Virus record (IMG/VR): IMGVR_UViG_3300028832_000110
Location: 43,406 to 107,405 of that record
Direction: 5' to 3' (one strand)
From: a virus
Lineage: Duplodnaviria; Caudoviricetes
Length of the DNA stretch: 64,000 nucleotides
Part shown: positions 10,607 to 21,525 of the stretch, piece by piece
Layout of the letters: the number at the start of each line of letters is the position of its first letter
Position numbering within the stretch: position 1 is the stretch's first letter
Made by a program: the position numbers and the translations under genes
The notes under the pieces: generated by a model
Seen by the model: only the letters and a program-made list of their open reading frames with translations
Database searches by the model: none
Told to the model about the DNA's origin: nothing

Positions 10607-11125
10607 ATGGAAATAGAAAAACTGAATAATGCTTTGCGTAACGACGCGATTTCCTTCGGTCTGTGTCAGCAGTGGCAGGGCGATTGGAAAAACGACTGGA
10701 ATAAAGAGAAAATGGTGGATAAGTTTTTTGAGGGCATGGATTTCTGCCTGAAATACCGCTATCCAACCAACCAATTCATCAAGGATAATTTCGACTTGGA
10801 ATTCAGACGCGAAAGCAACGTCCTCGTCGATGACAAATATTCTCTATTGAATCCTGCCCGGGCTTTGGTCTGTGGAAATTCCACATCTACCATGCGCTTC
10901 AATGCCAGGAACCAAGGCTTGATATATGTGCGTGACAGCTCAGACATAAAAATATTAGCCAGTGGAAACGCCTTTGTTCTGGTTCATGTATTAGACGATG
11001 CCTGCGTTCGCGTCGAACAGAAGGATAAGGCGAAGGTGGTAATTATCAATCATTCCCAAGACTCAGTAATCATAGCAGATTCTGATGTTAAGGTAAGGGA
11101 AGAATTGGACTGGCTGAAGAAATAA
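10607..11125 (+). CDS. Hypothetical protein, inverted within the tail operon
   Basis: 172-aa ORF with its own promoter and terminator; C-terminal short beta repeats. Confidence 0.75.
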   Translation: MEIEKLNNALRNDAISFGLCQQWQGDWKNDWNKEKMVDKFFEGMDFCLKYRYPTNQFIKDNFDLEFRRESNVLVDDKYSLLNPARALVCGNSTSTMRFNARNQGLIYVRDSSDIKILASGNAFVLVHVLDDACVRVEQKDKAKVVIINHSQDSVIIADSDVKVREELDWLKK

Positions 11126-11218
11126 GGTTTTTTCATAGTAATAAATAATTGTTTTAGGTTAGTAGTAATATTTATAGTTTTAGGTTTTTTCAGCAACATT
11201 ATAATTTTAATGTTACAG

Positions 11219-11264
11219 AAAAAAAAAGGAAGCGGAAATTCGTGAGAACTACCGCTTCTTTTTT
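11219..11264. terminator. Bidirectional intrinsic terminator
   Basis: A-tract, GAAGCGG...CCGCTTC stem, T-tract between convergent genes. Confidence 0.7.
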
Positions 11265-11283
11265 ACAATTATTCCAGAACGTG

Positions 11284-14200
11284 TTATTGCACCTTTATTC
11301 CGTCAACACCGTTAGCGAACCTATCAAGTCTGTTGCTGATATTCTCTATCATGCCGTAGATTTTTCCAGTCTCGCTAAACATCACCGCCAAAGCAGCCAC
11401 ATTCTTATCAATACTGCGCAAGGTTGTATTAACAGAAGTAACCTGCTGCATATACGCTCCCCAATACTCAGACACGAACTGAGTCAGAAGCATTCTATTA
11501 ACAGCAACGTCAGCTCTGATGGCATTGATATAGCTTGCCAATAGGTCTGCTGTTTCCTCGGTAATGCTCTTGATAGAGCCACTGAGCGAACTTGTTTCTT
11601 TATTCTTGATGGAAAGTCCGGCTTGATTGACACCCTCTTCAAAGGCTTGGAGGAATTGCTGACCTGCCTTGATAGCCTGCTCACCTTCACCACCCTTACC
11701 AAAGAACTGAGAAATAACATTAGTTACTTGCTTTGCGCTCTTTTCGGGGTTGTCAATGTCGAATATGCCTCCAGTCCATGTGCCATCGGCATTCTTTACG
11801 CCGAATATCTTTGCCTGCAACCTATCCATGATAGGCTCAATTATAGCAAGTTGCATCATCTTACTTGCAAGGCTGCGAAGAATATCCTCAACGGCATTCT
11901 TATAGGCTTTCGCCATATCCGTACCATTCTCGAAAGCAGTAGCGAGGGCATCGGTAAGCTGTTGCGCCCATCCTTTGAGGTCAATACCCCACAACTCGTT
12001 TGCAAGGTCTAAGGCGAAGTAATGAATCTGATCGTCTAATTCGGCAATCTTACCTTTGTATTCCTCCAATGCAGAATCCGAACTATCCTTCTTATCATAT
12101 TCGGCATTATACATTTCCATGTACCTCTCTCTCTCGGAACGGAGATTTGCAAGTTGCTGCTTATAGCCAGTACCATCACCATTCTCTTGGTAGTAGTGAT
12201 ACATGGCTTCCTCGGCAGGGGAATTGAATCCTCTACCATATCTACTGCCCTTCAATATTGCACCCAAAAGACCAGTTTGCTTATTTGCAAAATCTACATT
12301 TTCTTGATGGTAGTATTGGGAAGAATACGACTGGCGGTTATTACCAGTATCGTAACCAAGGGTTCTTTCTCTTGCTTTGAGGATCAATGCCGTGTTATTC
12401 TCGATTTTCGTAACCTCGGCTTTCAGTTCCTCAATCTTCTCTTGCAGTCCTTTGTCTGGATTAAACAAGTCAGAGAGTCCGAAGTCGAGTCCGAAGAGTC
12501 CACCGATACCGTCAATGGCACTTGCAACAATGTTACCCGCACCCTTCACCACTGAGCCGATGATTTGCGGGATATTGGAGATAACGGCTTCGATGACGGA
12601 GGCAATCTTGTTAAGAAGTCCGTCGATAAAGCCCACTGGATCATCACCAAGCGTATCTATAATCTGTAATATCGCGCCGACAACGCCTCCGATACTCTTT
12701 CCTGCCTCACCGAACAGTTGACCGACATTCTTAGCGAGTTCGCCATCACCCTTGATGACTTTTACGATATTGCCGATACCAAGCACAAGCCCTGACAAAG
12801 AGCCTTGTGTAAATTGACCAAGTGCGGTAGAGAAATTATCCAGACCATCGGCAATATCATCACTCTTCTTTTTGAGATTTTGACCGCTTTGGTTTACATT
12901 GGACTGATTCTCGCTTACTTCTTTATCAGCCTGCTTTTTCTTCTTAGTGGCTTCCTCCTTACGCTTTTTGGCATCGTCTTTCTCAGCCTTTGTCTTAGCA
13001 TTGAGATAATCTTCCTCGGCCTTAGTTTCCTCGGCAGTGGCTTGCTGCAACCGCTTCATGCTATCAACAAGTGCGGCTACGTTCTTTACAAAGATTTCCT
13101 TGGCCGTCATCACATCACCCCAAGCCCCTACATTAAACGGGCTTGTTGCGGTCTGAGAAGCACCACTAACCTTATTCTGCAAGTCAATATACTGCTGTTG
13201 CTGACTTGGGGTTAGCTTCTTGAAGTCCTCACCATTGATGATAGCGGATAACTGACGGTCAAGTTCCCTTGCCGTGCCTTTGAGCACATTTCCGACAATG
13301 CCGAAAGCCTGATCAATCTGAGTGCTGTTGACAATAGCTTCCATATTCTCCACTTTCCTCTGGTTCTCAGCCTGAGTCTTGCGGGTGTTATATTCGGGTT
13401 GACCAATCTTACCGATTCTCTTCAACGTATTCAAATGCGTAATGGTAGCCAGATACTCGCTATTGATTTTGGCTATCTTGTCTTTCAATGAGCGAGAGTC
13501 CACAACCATCTTTGCATAGGCAGTGATAGCATCATTCTTTACGGTAATCTGTATCTCACGCCATTTCTCCATAGCGTTGACGATACCCTCTATCTGCTGC
13601 TGATAGCCTTGCAATGCCTTACGATATGAATCCTCGTCGGCAAAGTCTATACGGTTAAGGGTTGGCATAGCAGCCGTAACCATATCCTTTATCTGCGTAT
13701 TAGACATGGAGGTGTCGAAGGTTATCTTATCCAGAATATTGGATTGCTTCAGAACGTCCTCTATCTCGCTACGAACGGCATCGGCTTGTGTACGGAAGAC
13801 GTGTTCACCGCCAATATCTGCGAGGCTTGCAGCAAGCATCCTATCACCAGTGGTTTCGACAACGGACTTGTATATATCCCAACGCTTTGTCAGATCGTCG
13901 AGTTGCTTTGCCATCTGCGAAGCCCAACGTTCTGAGGCGCGAGTGAGAGAATCGTAGTTGATGTCGGTAAGGAGGGATTCGGCTTGACGCAAAACCCTAA
14001 GTGCCTGCTCACCGTTATTGAACTTTTTCTGCCCCCTCTGCTCCTTATAACGTGCAAGGGCATCGCGGCGTATCTGGTCGATGTATTGGGCGTACTCGGC
14101 AATGTTGTTGACATCAATATCCATTCTCAACTTGATATTGGGGTCTTTGCGCCATTCGTCGAAAATATCACCGTATTTCTCTACGACCTCATTGATAGCG

Positions 14201-17200
14201 GCTTCGTGACCAACCTTTTTCTCCCACTTATCATACCAGTCGTAGGCTTCTTTGAGGATGCGGATTCTTTCATCCCACCTCTTAGCAAATTCATCGTGAT
14301 AGGATTTTGAGCCTCCCTTATTCTTGTTTTTGTCGGAGAGGTCAATACCCTCGGCTTTGGCGTAGGCTTCATAACCTTCCATAGCCACCATATTCTTATA
14401 GTGGCTCCTGGCTTCATCGAAACTGATTCCTGCGCTCTTCTCAAAGCCGGAGAAATCAAAGATGTGGTTGTCTTTGGTTACGTCAACGCCAAACTTTTCC
14501 TTCATATATTTGGCAAAGGACTCGGCACTACCGCCTTGGAAATCTGCCTTTACCTTAATATGCAGGGCATTGGTGGCGATTTCATCCTTCAACTCCTTAT
14601 ATTTCTTCTTTGACTTGTCAACCCAATCCGTGAAGGTCTCACAACTCTTGATAAGGGAGTTAAAGGTGGTATCACCTAACTTATGCTTGTTTCCTGCAAG
14701 TTCCTGCCACAATTCCTGATACGGACTCTTTGACTTCAAAGCCTCATTGAAAGCAGACTCGAAAATCCTCGGCGTGTCTTTAATGAGGTTTTGCAGGGCT
14801 TGATTCCAGAGCCAGTTCTGTGAAGACAAATCGGAGGTAAGGGCGCGAAGTGCATCCTGCACCTTCTCGTCGGTAAACTGAGAGTTTTCGTCAACGACTG
14901 CACCAAGGGCTTCTTTGGCTTTTGCGCCCAAGTTCTTTAGGATAAGCTGATTGATGACGGCATCGAACTCGCTGCTCTGACCCAGACTATTCAACAATAT
15001 GCTGTTGATGACTTGGGATTGAGCGGCGGGATCAGTCATTTTCTCCTGCTCAAACAACTTATTCATCCAGTCATTGAGGGCATAGCCGAAGACATCTGAC
15101 TGCATATCCTTCGGCAGTTTCGCAATCTCTTGATTGAACTTGTTTTGCAAGCCCTGAACGATAATCGGAACTTGGTCTTCCATATCCTGCTTTGCCTCAC
15201 GAAGTGCTTTCTCTGAGGTGAAAGCAGCCCAAATGGTCTTTGGCAGGGTGTTCTCACCTGCAACTGAGCCATTCTTGAACGTGAGTTTAGGCATAAAGCT
15301 GTTGTCATCGCCTCCAGTATTAGGCAGGCTCTTCAGCCAACGTCTGAATATGGCATCGCGGTCTTTTACGATGTCAAGTCCGTATTTCTCTGCCATTTCC
15401 TTGAAAATGGCTTCATTCTCTTGGAAGAAATTACGCAGCTCTTCCTTGTTGACATTGGTAAGGGCTGTCATATTCTCACTTAGGGCATCGGCATAGTCTT
15501 TGGCATTAGTGCCGAATTCTTGGCTATGCAATGCTCCAGTCCAGAATCCTTCGCCATGTCTCTCGCCACTGGCATCGGTAAATGCCGTTCCCCAACCACC
15601 AGTCTTTGCGTTGAGGTCTGCAAGGAAACTCTGGTGACTGCCAACGATATTCTTAGCGGTTTCCATAGCAGCAACCTTCTTTGCTGCTTCTACGGCTTGA
15701 TCGGCTTGCTTATCGAATTTCTCTATGTCAAAGAGGTCGCCTTTATACATAGGTGACATATCCTGAATCTTTTCCATAAAGGCATCAAGCACTTGGTTCA
15801 CACCGTGAGCCTCAATAGCCGCTTTGTCGATGTCGAAGAGTACACCACCTCTGCTGACACTACCGCCTGCGCTCTGTTTGTAGATGTCTTTATAGTTGTC
15901 GAGGAAATCCGTGAGTGCCGATGCGTCTTGCCTTGCGGCTTCACCAGTGGACGTAGCCAGATCGTCAATCTTCTGCCTTGCCTCCTGCGAATGCGATACC
16001 AATGCCATGATACCAGTGACGGCGGCAAATATCCACGTCATAGGATTGGTGGCCATGGCAATCATCGTGGCTTTCATTTCTGCTGCAAGCATACGAAGAC
16101 TGAGCTGAACACGAAGCATGGTGCGGTTGTAGGCAGACATAGAGTTGATTTCCTTGATAGTGGCGGCATTAACGCCTGCACTTGCAAGAATCTGTGCTCT
16201 CGCGGCCTTGGAGAGATTATTTCTGAGGGCTATCTGCATCTTTTGTGTGGCGGTAAGTTCCTTGCTCGATGCAATTTCCTTAACCTGCGATGCCAACAAA
16301 CCCTTTGCGCCATAGCTGCTGCTACCCAACTCATAGCGGGTCTTGCCGTTGATGGGAGATTGGTATCTCCACATATTATTGACAGCACCGACTTGGCTTC
16401 TCTGGAACGATTCTTTCTGAACCTGCGCCATCAAAGCACCGTATGTTGCCAATGCCTGCTTACCCATAATGCCATTGTATGCGAGCATAGCAACCTTAGC
16501 TGCTCCTAAGCCCCATACGACATCCATTATAATATTATAATAGGTGCGCCAATTCTCGGTAACATCATTTATGACATCTACGCTTGTGGTAAGGAAACCG
16601 TGATTTGCCTTACCCATTTCCGACATCATAATGTTGTAGTTGTTGCGGAGGTTACGCAGTTTACCACCAAGGGTTTCAAACTGGCGTATCTGCATATTGT
16701 AGAACTGACCACCTTCCTTATCCAATCCCAATATCACGTTCTGCACGTCCTCAAAAGGAATGTCGCGCTTACGCATACGACCATATAGGCTCTTACGTGT
16801 GACGCGCTCCATGACCTTACCCTGCTTTGCGGCTTCATCGGCTTGGTTGTTGTAATACTTGACAAGTTCGCCCATGAGGTCGATACCTGCTGTCTCAAAC
16901 TGGCGGTTCTGAATACCAGAGAGATAGCCGTAAGCCTTGACGTGACCGAATGCAAGAATAAGGCGTTGAACGTCAACGCTAAGTCCTGCACCAATATCGG
17001 TAAGGGCTTTCATGGTGTCGTACAACTGAGGCGTGTCGATGTTGAATGCAGCCAACTGTCTGGTTGACTTGATAAGGTCTTGGAAGGTATAAGGCGACAT
17101 CTGCGACAAATCTCTGATCTGTCCGTAGAGCTGTTGGGCTGTGGCTGCACTACCGATGATAACCTCCAACGATTTCTGTTGAAGTTCAAGTTCACCAGTG

Positions 17201-18636
17201 ATGTTAGCCATTTCCTTCACGAATTGCTGTGCGCCATAGACACTGAGGTACTGCATCATCATACCCCTCAGATCACTTAGGACTTGGGATTGGTGCTGTC
17301 CGGCATTGATGCTTTGACGGATGGCTTGTGCCAAACGCTCTTCCTCATTGGAGAGCTGACGTACTGCCGATGCAGTGGAAGAGGCAGTACCCTGCGTCTT
17401 CTGCATTTCAGCGTTCCAACGCTCCTGCTCCTTAATGAGATTGACAAGAATATCCTTCGCAATCTTGAAGTCAGCAGTATTGAGGTAGTCGCTTGCGCTC
17501 ATACCCTTAAAACTGCCAGTAGTGGAGATAATATCCAACTCAGCCTTGAACCGCTTCATCAACTCAATCTGCTCACGCAATTTGGTGGTGTCACCTCCGA
17601 ATTCGTTGCCGACCTTCATAGCGGCGTTGGCATTGTGGAGAATTTTGTCAAGTTCATAGACGGCATATTTCGCACGTTCTACGCTCTTGATGGTATTGGT
17701 AAGGGCATTGACACCAGTATCGCCTCCAGTAAGGTTCAACGAGGACATGGTTGCGCGGACATTGCGGATGACCTCGCCTAATCCCGTCATAAAATTCCGC
17801 ATTCCCTCGTCTTGGGAAATTGTGAGGTGGAATTTCTTGAAATTCGCGTCAAGAATTTCCATTGCATCAGCAGCCTTTTTTATTCTCTCAGAAAATGCGC
17901 TGAAATTATCGTGTTGGATGGCTTTCTTTACGGCGTTGATTTCTGAAACGACATTGCCGATGCTCTCCATGACGATGGATGCAACGGCTCTGACCTGCTG
18001 CTGAAAAATCTTCAATGTCGAACTGTCATTGCCGACATTGTATAATTGGTCAAACATTCGCATGACACGCGAAATCTCCGTCTGAGCCTCTGCGCTGAAA
18101 TTCTTCATGCCGCCTTTTTTCTCCATGGCCGACTGGAATTTCAGCATTTCGGCAGTCAGTTCCTTCATATATCCAGTCATGGACTGAATATTTACGTTTG
18201 GAACTTCGGAGAAAGCAGAGTTGAGCGCGGTGCCCATTTTCTGGATGCGATTAAAGATGTCGGAACTATGCCCCGTTTGCAGAGACAGATTCTCGTTCTT
18301 TAATTTCTCGATGGCCGCAGACAGCTCACGCATCTGCTGTAAAGCCGACTGAAAAGCGGGAATGTCACCTGCGTTCTGTTTCGAGAACAGACTTTCGGTA
18401 ACATTTTTCACGCTTTTCACCTGCTCCATAAAAGTGGATAGGTCTGGCAACTTGAACGTGAAGCCGTTATTATCATGCCCTAACCGATTCAAGAGCTGAT
18501 TCAGTTCTGGAACACCCTTAACGTCAATCGTCACGGTTTTACCCGACAACTGATTGAGCCTACTAACAATGGAATTTAATTCAGAGTTTTTCGCCTCCTT
18601 AATTCCTATCTCAAAAGCTAATGCGTTTAGTGCCAT
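11284..18636 (-). CDS. Tape measure protein
   Basis: 2450-aa helical ORF after the tail chaperones; tape-measure N-domain (SPYTFQDLIKSTRQLAAF). Confidence 0.9.
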   Translation of the reverse strand: MALNALAFEIGIKEAKNSELNSIVSRLNQLSGKTVTIDVKGVPELNQLLNRLGHDNNGFTFKLPDLSTFMEQVKSVKNVTESLFSKQNAGDIPAFQSALQQMRELSAAIEKLKNENLSLQTGHSSDIFNRIQKMGTALNSAFSEVPNVNIQSMTGYMKELTAEMLKFQSAMEKKGGMKNFSAEAQTEISRVMRMFDQLYNVGNDSSTLKIFQQQVRAVASIVMESIGNVVSEINAVKKAIQHDNFSAFSERIKKAADAMEILDANFKKFHLTISQDEGMRNFMTGLGEVIRNVRATMSSLNLTGGDTGVNALTNTIKSVERAKYAVYELDKILHNANAAMKVGNEFGGDTTKLREQIELMKRFKAELDIISTTGSFKGMSASDYLNTADFKIAKDILVNLIKEQERWNAEMQKTQGTASSTASAVRQLSNEEERLAQAIRQSINAGQHQSQVLSDLRGMMMQYLSVYGAQQFVKEMANITGELELQQKSLEVIIGSAATAQQLYGQIRDLSQMSPYTFQDLIKSTRQLAAFNIDTPQLYDTMKALTDIGAGLSVDVQRLILAFGHVKAYGYLSGIQNRQFETAGIDLMGELVKYYNNQADEAAKQGKVMERVTRKSLYGRMRKRDIPFEDVQNVILGLDKEGGQFYNMQIRQFETLGGKLRNLRNNYNIMMSEMGKANHGFLTTSVDVINDVTENWRTYYNIIMDVVWGLGAAKVAMLAYNGIMGKQALATYGALMAQVQKESFQRSQVGAVNNMWRYQSPINGKTRYELGSSSYGAKGLLASQVKEIASSKELTATQKMQIALRNNLSKAARAQILASAGVNAATIKEINSMSAYNRTMLRVQLSLRMLAAEMKATMIAMATNPMTWIFAAVTGIMALVSHSQEARQKIDDLATSTGEAARQDASALTDFLDNYKDIYKQSAGGSVSRGGVLFDIDKAAIEAHGVNQVLDAFMEKIQDMSPMYKGDLFDIEKFDKQADQAVEAAKKVAAMETAKNIVGSHQSFLADLNAKTGGWGTAFTDASGERHGEGFWTGALHSQEFGTNAKDYADALSENMTALTNVNKEELRNFFQENEAIFKEMAEKYGLDIVKDRDAIFRRWLKSLPNTGGDDNSFMPKLTFKNGSVAGENTLPKTIWAAFTSEKALREAKQDMEDQVPIIVQGLQNKFNQEIAKLPKDMQSDVFGYALNDWMNKLFEQEKMTDPAAQSQVINSILLNSLGQSSEFDAVINQLILKNLGAKAKEALGAVVDENSQFTDEKVQDALRALTSDLSSQNWLWNQALQNLIKDTPRIFESAFNEALKSKSPYQELWQELAGNKHKLGDTTFNSLIKSCETFTDWVDKSKKKYKELKDEIATNALHIKVKADFQGGSAESFAKYMKEKFGVDVTKDNHIFDFSGFEKSAGISFDEARSHYKNMVAMEGYEAYAKAEGIDLSDKNKNKGGSKSYHDEFAKRWDERIRILKEAYDWYDKWEKKVGHEAAINEVVEKYGDIFDEWRKDPNIKLRMDIDVNNIAEYAQYIDQIRRDALARYKEQRGQKKFNNGEQALRVLRQAESLLTDINYDSLTRASERWASQMAKQLDDLTKRWDIYKSVVETTGDRMLAASLADIGGEHVFRTQADAVRSEIEDVLKQSNILDKITFDTSMSNTQIKDMVTAAMPTLNRIDFADEDSYRKALQGYQQQIEGIVNAMEKWREIQITVKNDAITAYAKMVVDSRSLKDKIAKINSEYLATITHLNTLKRIGKIGQPEYNTRKTQAENQRKVENMEAIVNSTQIDQAFGIVGNVLKGTARELDRQLSAIINGEDFKKLTPSQQQQYIDLQNKVSGASQTATSPFNVGAWGDVMTAKEIFVKNVAALVDSMKRLQQATAEETKAEEDYLNAKTKAEKDDAKKRKEEATKKKKQADKEVSENQSNVNQSGQNLKKKSDDIADGLDNFSTALGQFTQGSLSGLVLGIGNIVKVIKGDGELAKNVGQLFGEAGKSIGGVVGAILQIIDTLGDDPVGFIDGLLNKIASVIEAVISNIPQIIGSVVKGAGNIVASAIDGIGGLFGLDFGLSDLFNPDKGLQEKIEELKAEVTKIENNTALILKARERTLGYDTGNNRQSYSSQYYHQENVDFANKQTGLLGAILKGSRYGRGFNSPAEEAMYHYYQENGDGTGYKQQLANLRSERERYMEMYNAEYDKKDSSDSALEEYKGKIAELDDQIHYFALDLANELWGIDLKGWAQQLTDALATAFENGTDMAKAYKNAVEDILRSLASKMMQLAIIEPIMDRLQAKIFGVKNADGTWTGGIFDIDNPEKSAKQVTNVISQFFGKGGEGEQAIKAGQQFLQAFEEGVNQAGLSIKNKETSSLSGSIKSITEETADLLASYINAIRADVAVNRMLLTQFVSEYWGAYMQQVTSVNTTLRSIDKNVAALAVMFSETGKIYGMIENISNRLDRFANGVDGIKVQ

Positions 18637-18648
18637 ATCCTTAATTTT

Positions 18649-18942
18649 TTATTCAGTTTCTTCTTGATTCACTGGAATTTTCTCTCCAGTGGCGAGGAAA
18701 TGCTTCATGTCGAATTTCCTGCGCTTTTTACGCTCTTTCCACTTCTCTACCGACCTCTTCAGTTTTTCTTCGTCTGGAATGTAGCCGGATTCACCTGGCT
18801 TTTTACCATCATTCTTGTCACGCTTTTTATAGCAGGTAAACGGCGCATCAATTTCTATCAGTTCGATTTGCGCTGCTGTATGACCCCAATAATATTCGTA
18901 CATCTGAACCCTTATCAAACCGAAGAAAAAATAGCGCGGCAT
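18649..18942 (-). CDS. Tail assembly chaperone, C-terminal (gpT-like) part
   Basis: In the -1 frame of the upstream ORF; that frame is open back to the A9 run at 19095-19103. Confidence 0.65.
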   Translation of the reverse strand: MPRYFFFGLIRVQMYEYYWGHTAAQIELIEIDAPFTCYKKRDKNDGKKPGESGYIPDEEKLKRSVEKWKERKKRRKFDMKHFLATGEKIPVNQEETE

Positions 18943-19499
18943 TACGAGCCATTGTCTTTGTTTTCGGTCTGAGAAAGCCGCTCCGTAGCGAGTTCTTGAA
19001 GGGTAGCTTCGGCTTCCTTCGCTGTCATCTGTATCAGCGTACCCTTTGCCCCTATCAGCAATGTGGTACTGTTGAAGAATTGTACCAGCGGAACTTTTTT
19101 TTTACCTGTGGTGAGGATTTCAAGCAACTGCATATTGTCGTATTGTCTGACATAGTAGAACCAACGCCAGAGAAACCAGTATTTGAACTTCAATTTCCAA
19201 TACCCGTTCAGCAGGTAAATCGCTGCTGCCTTGCAAGCCAACTTGTTATCATCCAGAATTTCGTCAAGTACGTCACTGCCAGTAGTCTTCGAGTCTTCGG
19301 GCTTGTCAACGTCCTTTTTCCTCAGAAGCAGGCGTGACAGCTTCACCAACTGACCGTTTTTCAGCCAATACATCTTATACTTCTTTTTCGTGCGTAAAAT
19401 GCCGACCTCAGTAGGATCGTCGTTTATCATCGACAAATATTCCCGCTGTGCGTCTTCGCTCGGCTGATTCAGTTTAGGCTCTTCATCAATTTTTTCCAT
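18942..19499 (-). CDS. Tail assembly chaperone (gpG-like)
   Basis: Between tail tube and tape measure; contains slippery GGT AAA AAA AAA GTT. Confidence 0.7.
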   Translation of the reverse strand: MEKIDEEPKLNQPSEDAQREYLSMINDDPTEVGILRTKKKYKMYWLKNGQLVKLSRLLLRKKDVDKPEDSKTTGSDVLDEILDDNKLACKAAAIYLLNGYWKLKFKYWFLWRWFYYVRQYDNMQLLEILTTGKKKVPLVQFFNSTTLLIGAKGTLIQMTAKEAEATLQELATERLSQTENKDNGS

Positions 19500-19535
19500 A
19501 TTCTACCTTTTGTTTAATTCTCTGTTTTTAATTGG

Positions 19536-19571
19536 AAAAAGGGCGGCAGCGGCATATAACCGTCACCGCCC
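19536..19571 (-). terminator. Intrinsic terminator after tail tube gene
   Basis: GGGCGG...CCGCCC stem followed by a T-tract on the minus strand. Confidence 0.6.
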
Positions 19572-19620
19572 CTCAGAAAGTAGGTATTTTGTGGAAAAGA
19601 AATTTTCTCCAAAAACCAGA

Positions 19621-20205
19621 TTATGCACTCTGCAATTCTACGACTGCCAGAGCATCGACAGCAGCACCCTCTTGGATAGAACCAGTGAGAGTAACGCACA
19701 GAGGCTTGTTTGAGCCGTCGAATACAACGCTTGCCATGAGCTTTGCCTTCTTTACGAAGAAAGCGTTGGTCTCGGTATCGTCGAGGGCGAAGAGACCAAG
19801 AATAACGGCCTTGCGGAGTCCGCTGAAGGTCTTACCCTTGAAGGTCTTGCCATTGAATACCGTACCAGAACCAGAAACGGTGAGGTCGGAAGCGGTGAAG
19901 CCACAGTAATCAAGAATGTCGGTGTCGTGGCAGGGGATTTCAATGGTGATCTCGGTATCGCCGGGAGTCATCTTAGAAGTCCAGAACACGCCAAGACCGT
20001 GAATCTTGAAGCCGTCAGTGGTAGGAGTACCCTCATTGTAGCTGAAGCCAGAGTCCTCAGAACAGGGGAACTCACACATCTTGCTCTCGTCAAGAGTTGC
20101 GGCATAAGCACCTTCACTCTCGGTAGTGGCGAAACCACCTTTCATCGCAAACAGCGAGGAAATACCAGTAAGCACATGGGCTTGAAGTTGACTTTTCGTT
20201 TTCAT
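19621..20205 (-). CDS. Major tail tube protein
   Basis: 194 aa, canonical position, highly biased codon use, followed by a terminator. Confidence 0.7.
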   Translation of the reverse strand: MKTKSQLQAHVLTGISSLFAMKGGFATTESEGAYAATLDESKMCEFPCSEDSGFSYNEGTPTTDGFKIHGLGVFWTSKMTPGDTEITIEIPCHDTDILDYCGFTASDLTVSGSGTVFNGKTFKGKTFSGLRKAVILGLFALDDTETNAFFVKKAKLMASVVFDGSNKPLCVTLTGSIQEGAAVDALAVVELQSA

Positions 20206-20218
20206 ATCGCTAAACTTT

Positions 20219-20653
20219 TTAAGAATTTATAAATGCGTTTGCTTTAGTTTTAAGAACAAACGTGATAGATGTGACGTGGAATCCGTTTTTGTCATAACCC
20301 CCATGCAGAATAGAGGGCTTCGTGGCACTGATATGCTCTGCGTTATACGGAAATCCCTTCTTTACAGAATAGGCGAGACCAGTCTGAGCCTGCAAGTTGA
20401 GCGTGGTGTTGCTCTTAGCCTTGCAATAGACGTAGAGAATGCCGCGAGTATGCAATGCAAAATCCATGTTTCCCGCTGCGTAGTCTTTGACCTCGGCAGG
20501 CAGCTCGATGGTAATGAATCGCTTCATCGTATCGGCGGTCTTGTCTGGACGGTTGCCTAAGAAAATCTCGGTCTTGCGGTCAACATAGTTAGCCGCGAAG
20601 TCTATCAATTCATCATAGATAATCTCCAGTGGGTTTCTCTCTTGATCTGCCAT
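20219..20653 (-). CDS. Tail terminator / neck protein
   Basis: Synteny, 144 aa. Confidence 0.55.
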   Translation of the reverse strand: MADQERNPLEIIYDELIDFAANYVDRKTEIFLGNRPDKTADTMKRFITIELPAEVKDYAAGNMDFALHTRGILYVYCKAKSNTTLNLQAQTGLAYSVKKGFPYNAEHISATKPSILHGGYDKNGFHVTSITFVLKTKANAFINS

Positions 20654-21198
20654 TATGCTGCAATTTTAAGGAAGTTGATACCAACATTCTCCGCATATTG
20701 ATAGGTTTGAACGATACCAGTGCTTGCTCTATGGTCTTCGATCCATTGTGCATATTCTACGGGATAGGCAACTACTATGTCGAATAGGTTATTGCCGTTG
20801 GGCTTGTGCTCGTAGAAATATTCTCTGGCATCATCTACACCCCATCCACCATTAGTTTGAATCGTAGGCAAATACGCTGAGTTTTCTCCGTCGTAATCGG
20901 GATTGAAGAAATAACGTCTGCGCTTGCGCTGCTTCATCTTCATCTGAATGGCTTCAGCCGCATACTGAGCTGCGTAATAGGCTATGACGGGTTCACCCTT
21001 GCGATAGAGGCAAACGACTATTGAGTTGAGCAAATTACCCGTAAAGTTGTGGGCTTTGGGGTTGGTTTGTCTCGCCTTAACAGCCTCAGTGCAGAGTTTC
21101 ATGCAATAGGTCTTACATTGACCCTCAACCTCGTTGAGAATGTCATTCCAGTAATTATCTACTGCATTCTTGACCTTGCTTCTGTTAATTGCGTCCAT
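20653..21198 (-). CDS. Tail completion / neck protein (HK97 gp10-like)
   Basis: Probable start ATG at 21198; NFTGNLLNSI and EYAQWIE motifs. Confidence 0.55.
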   Translation of the reverse strand: MDAINRSKVKNAVDNYWNDILNEVEGQCKTYCMKLCTEAVKARQTNPKAHNFTGNLLNSIVVCLYRKGEPVIAYYAAQYAAEAIQMKMKQRKRRRYFFNPDYDGENSAYLPTIQTNGGWGVDDAREYFYEHKPNGNNLFDIVVAYPVEYAQWIEDHRASTGIVQTYQYAENVGINFLKIAA

Positions 21199-21520
21199 AC
21201 TTCCACAATATATGTGTGCCAAGGTTTCCGGGCATACGGTCAATCACTATTCCCTCTTCCTTGAATCCAAACTTATCGACAACTACTTCATCCCCTTCCT
21301 GCGGGATAGTCTCTTCAGTCCATTCGTCCTGTTTTTGAGGCAAAGCGAGCTTGCGGTTCGATACGACCACATCACCTTTGTCCGACGTTGTTTGAACATC
21401 ATAACTACGGCAAATCCCATCATATATCACGATGCTCTCACCTTCGTCCTTTGACGGATCAGAGGCTCCTGGGCGCGTTATCGTGCAGTGATGCGGGAAT
21501 CTGGGATTGCTTACAGCCAT
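21185..21520 (-). CDS. Head closure protein
   Basis: Synteny; NPRFPHHCTITR N-terminus. Confidence 0.55.
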   Translation of the reverse strand: MAVSNPRFPHHCTITRPGASDPSKDEGESIVIYDGICRSYDVQTTSDKGDVVVSNRKLALPQKQDEWTEETIPQEGDEVVVDKFGFKEEGIVIDRMPGNLGTHILWKYGRN

Positions 21521-21525
21521 AGCAG

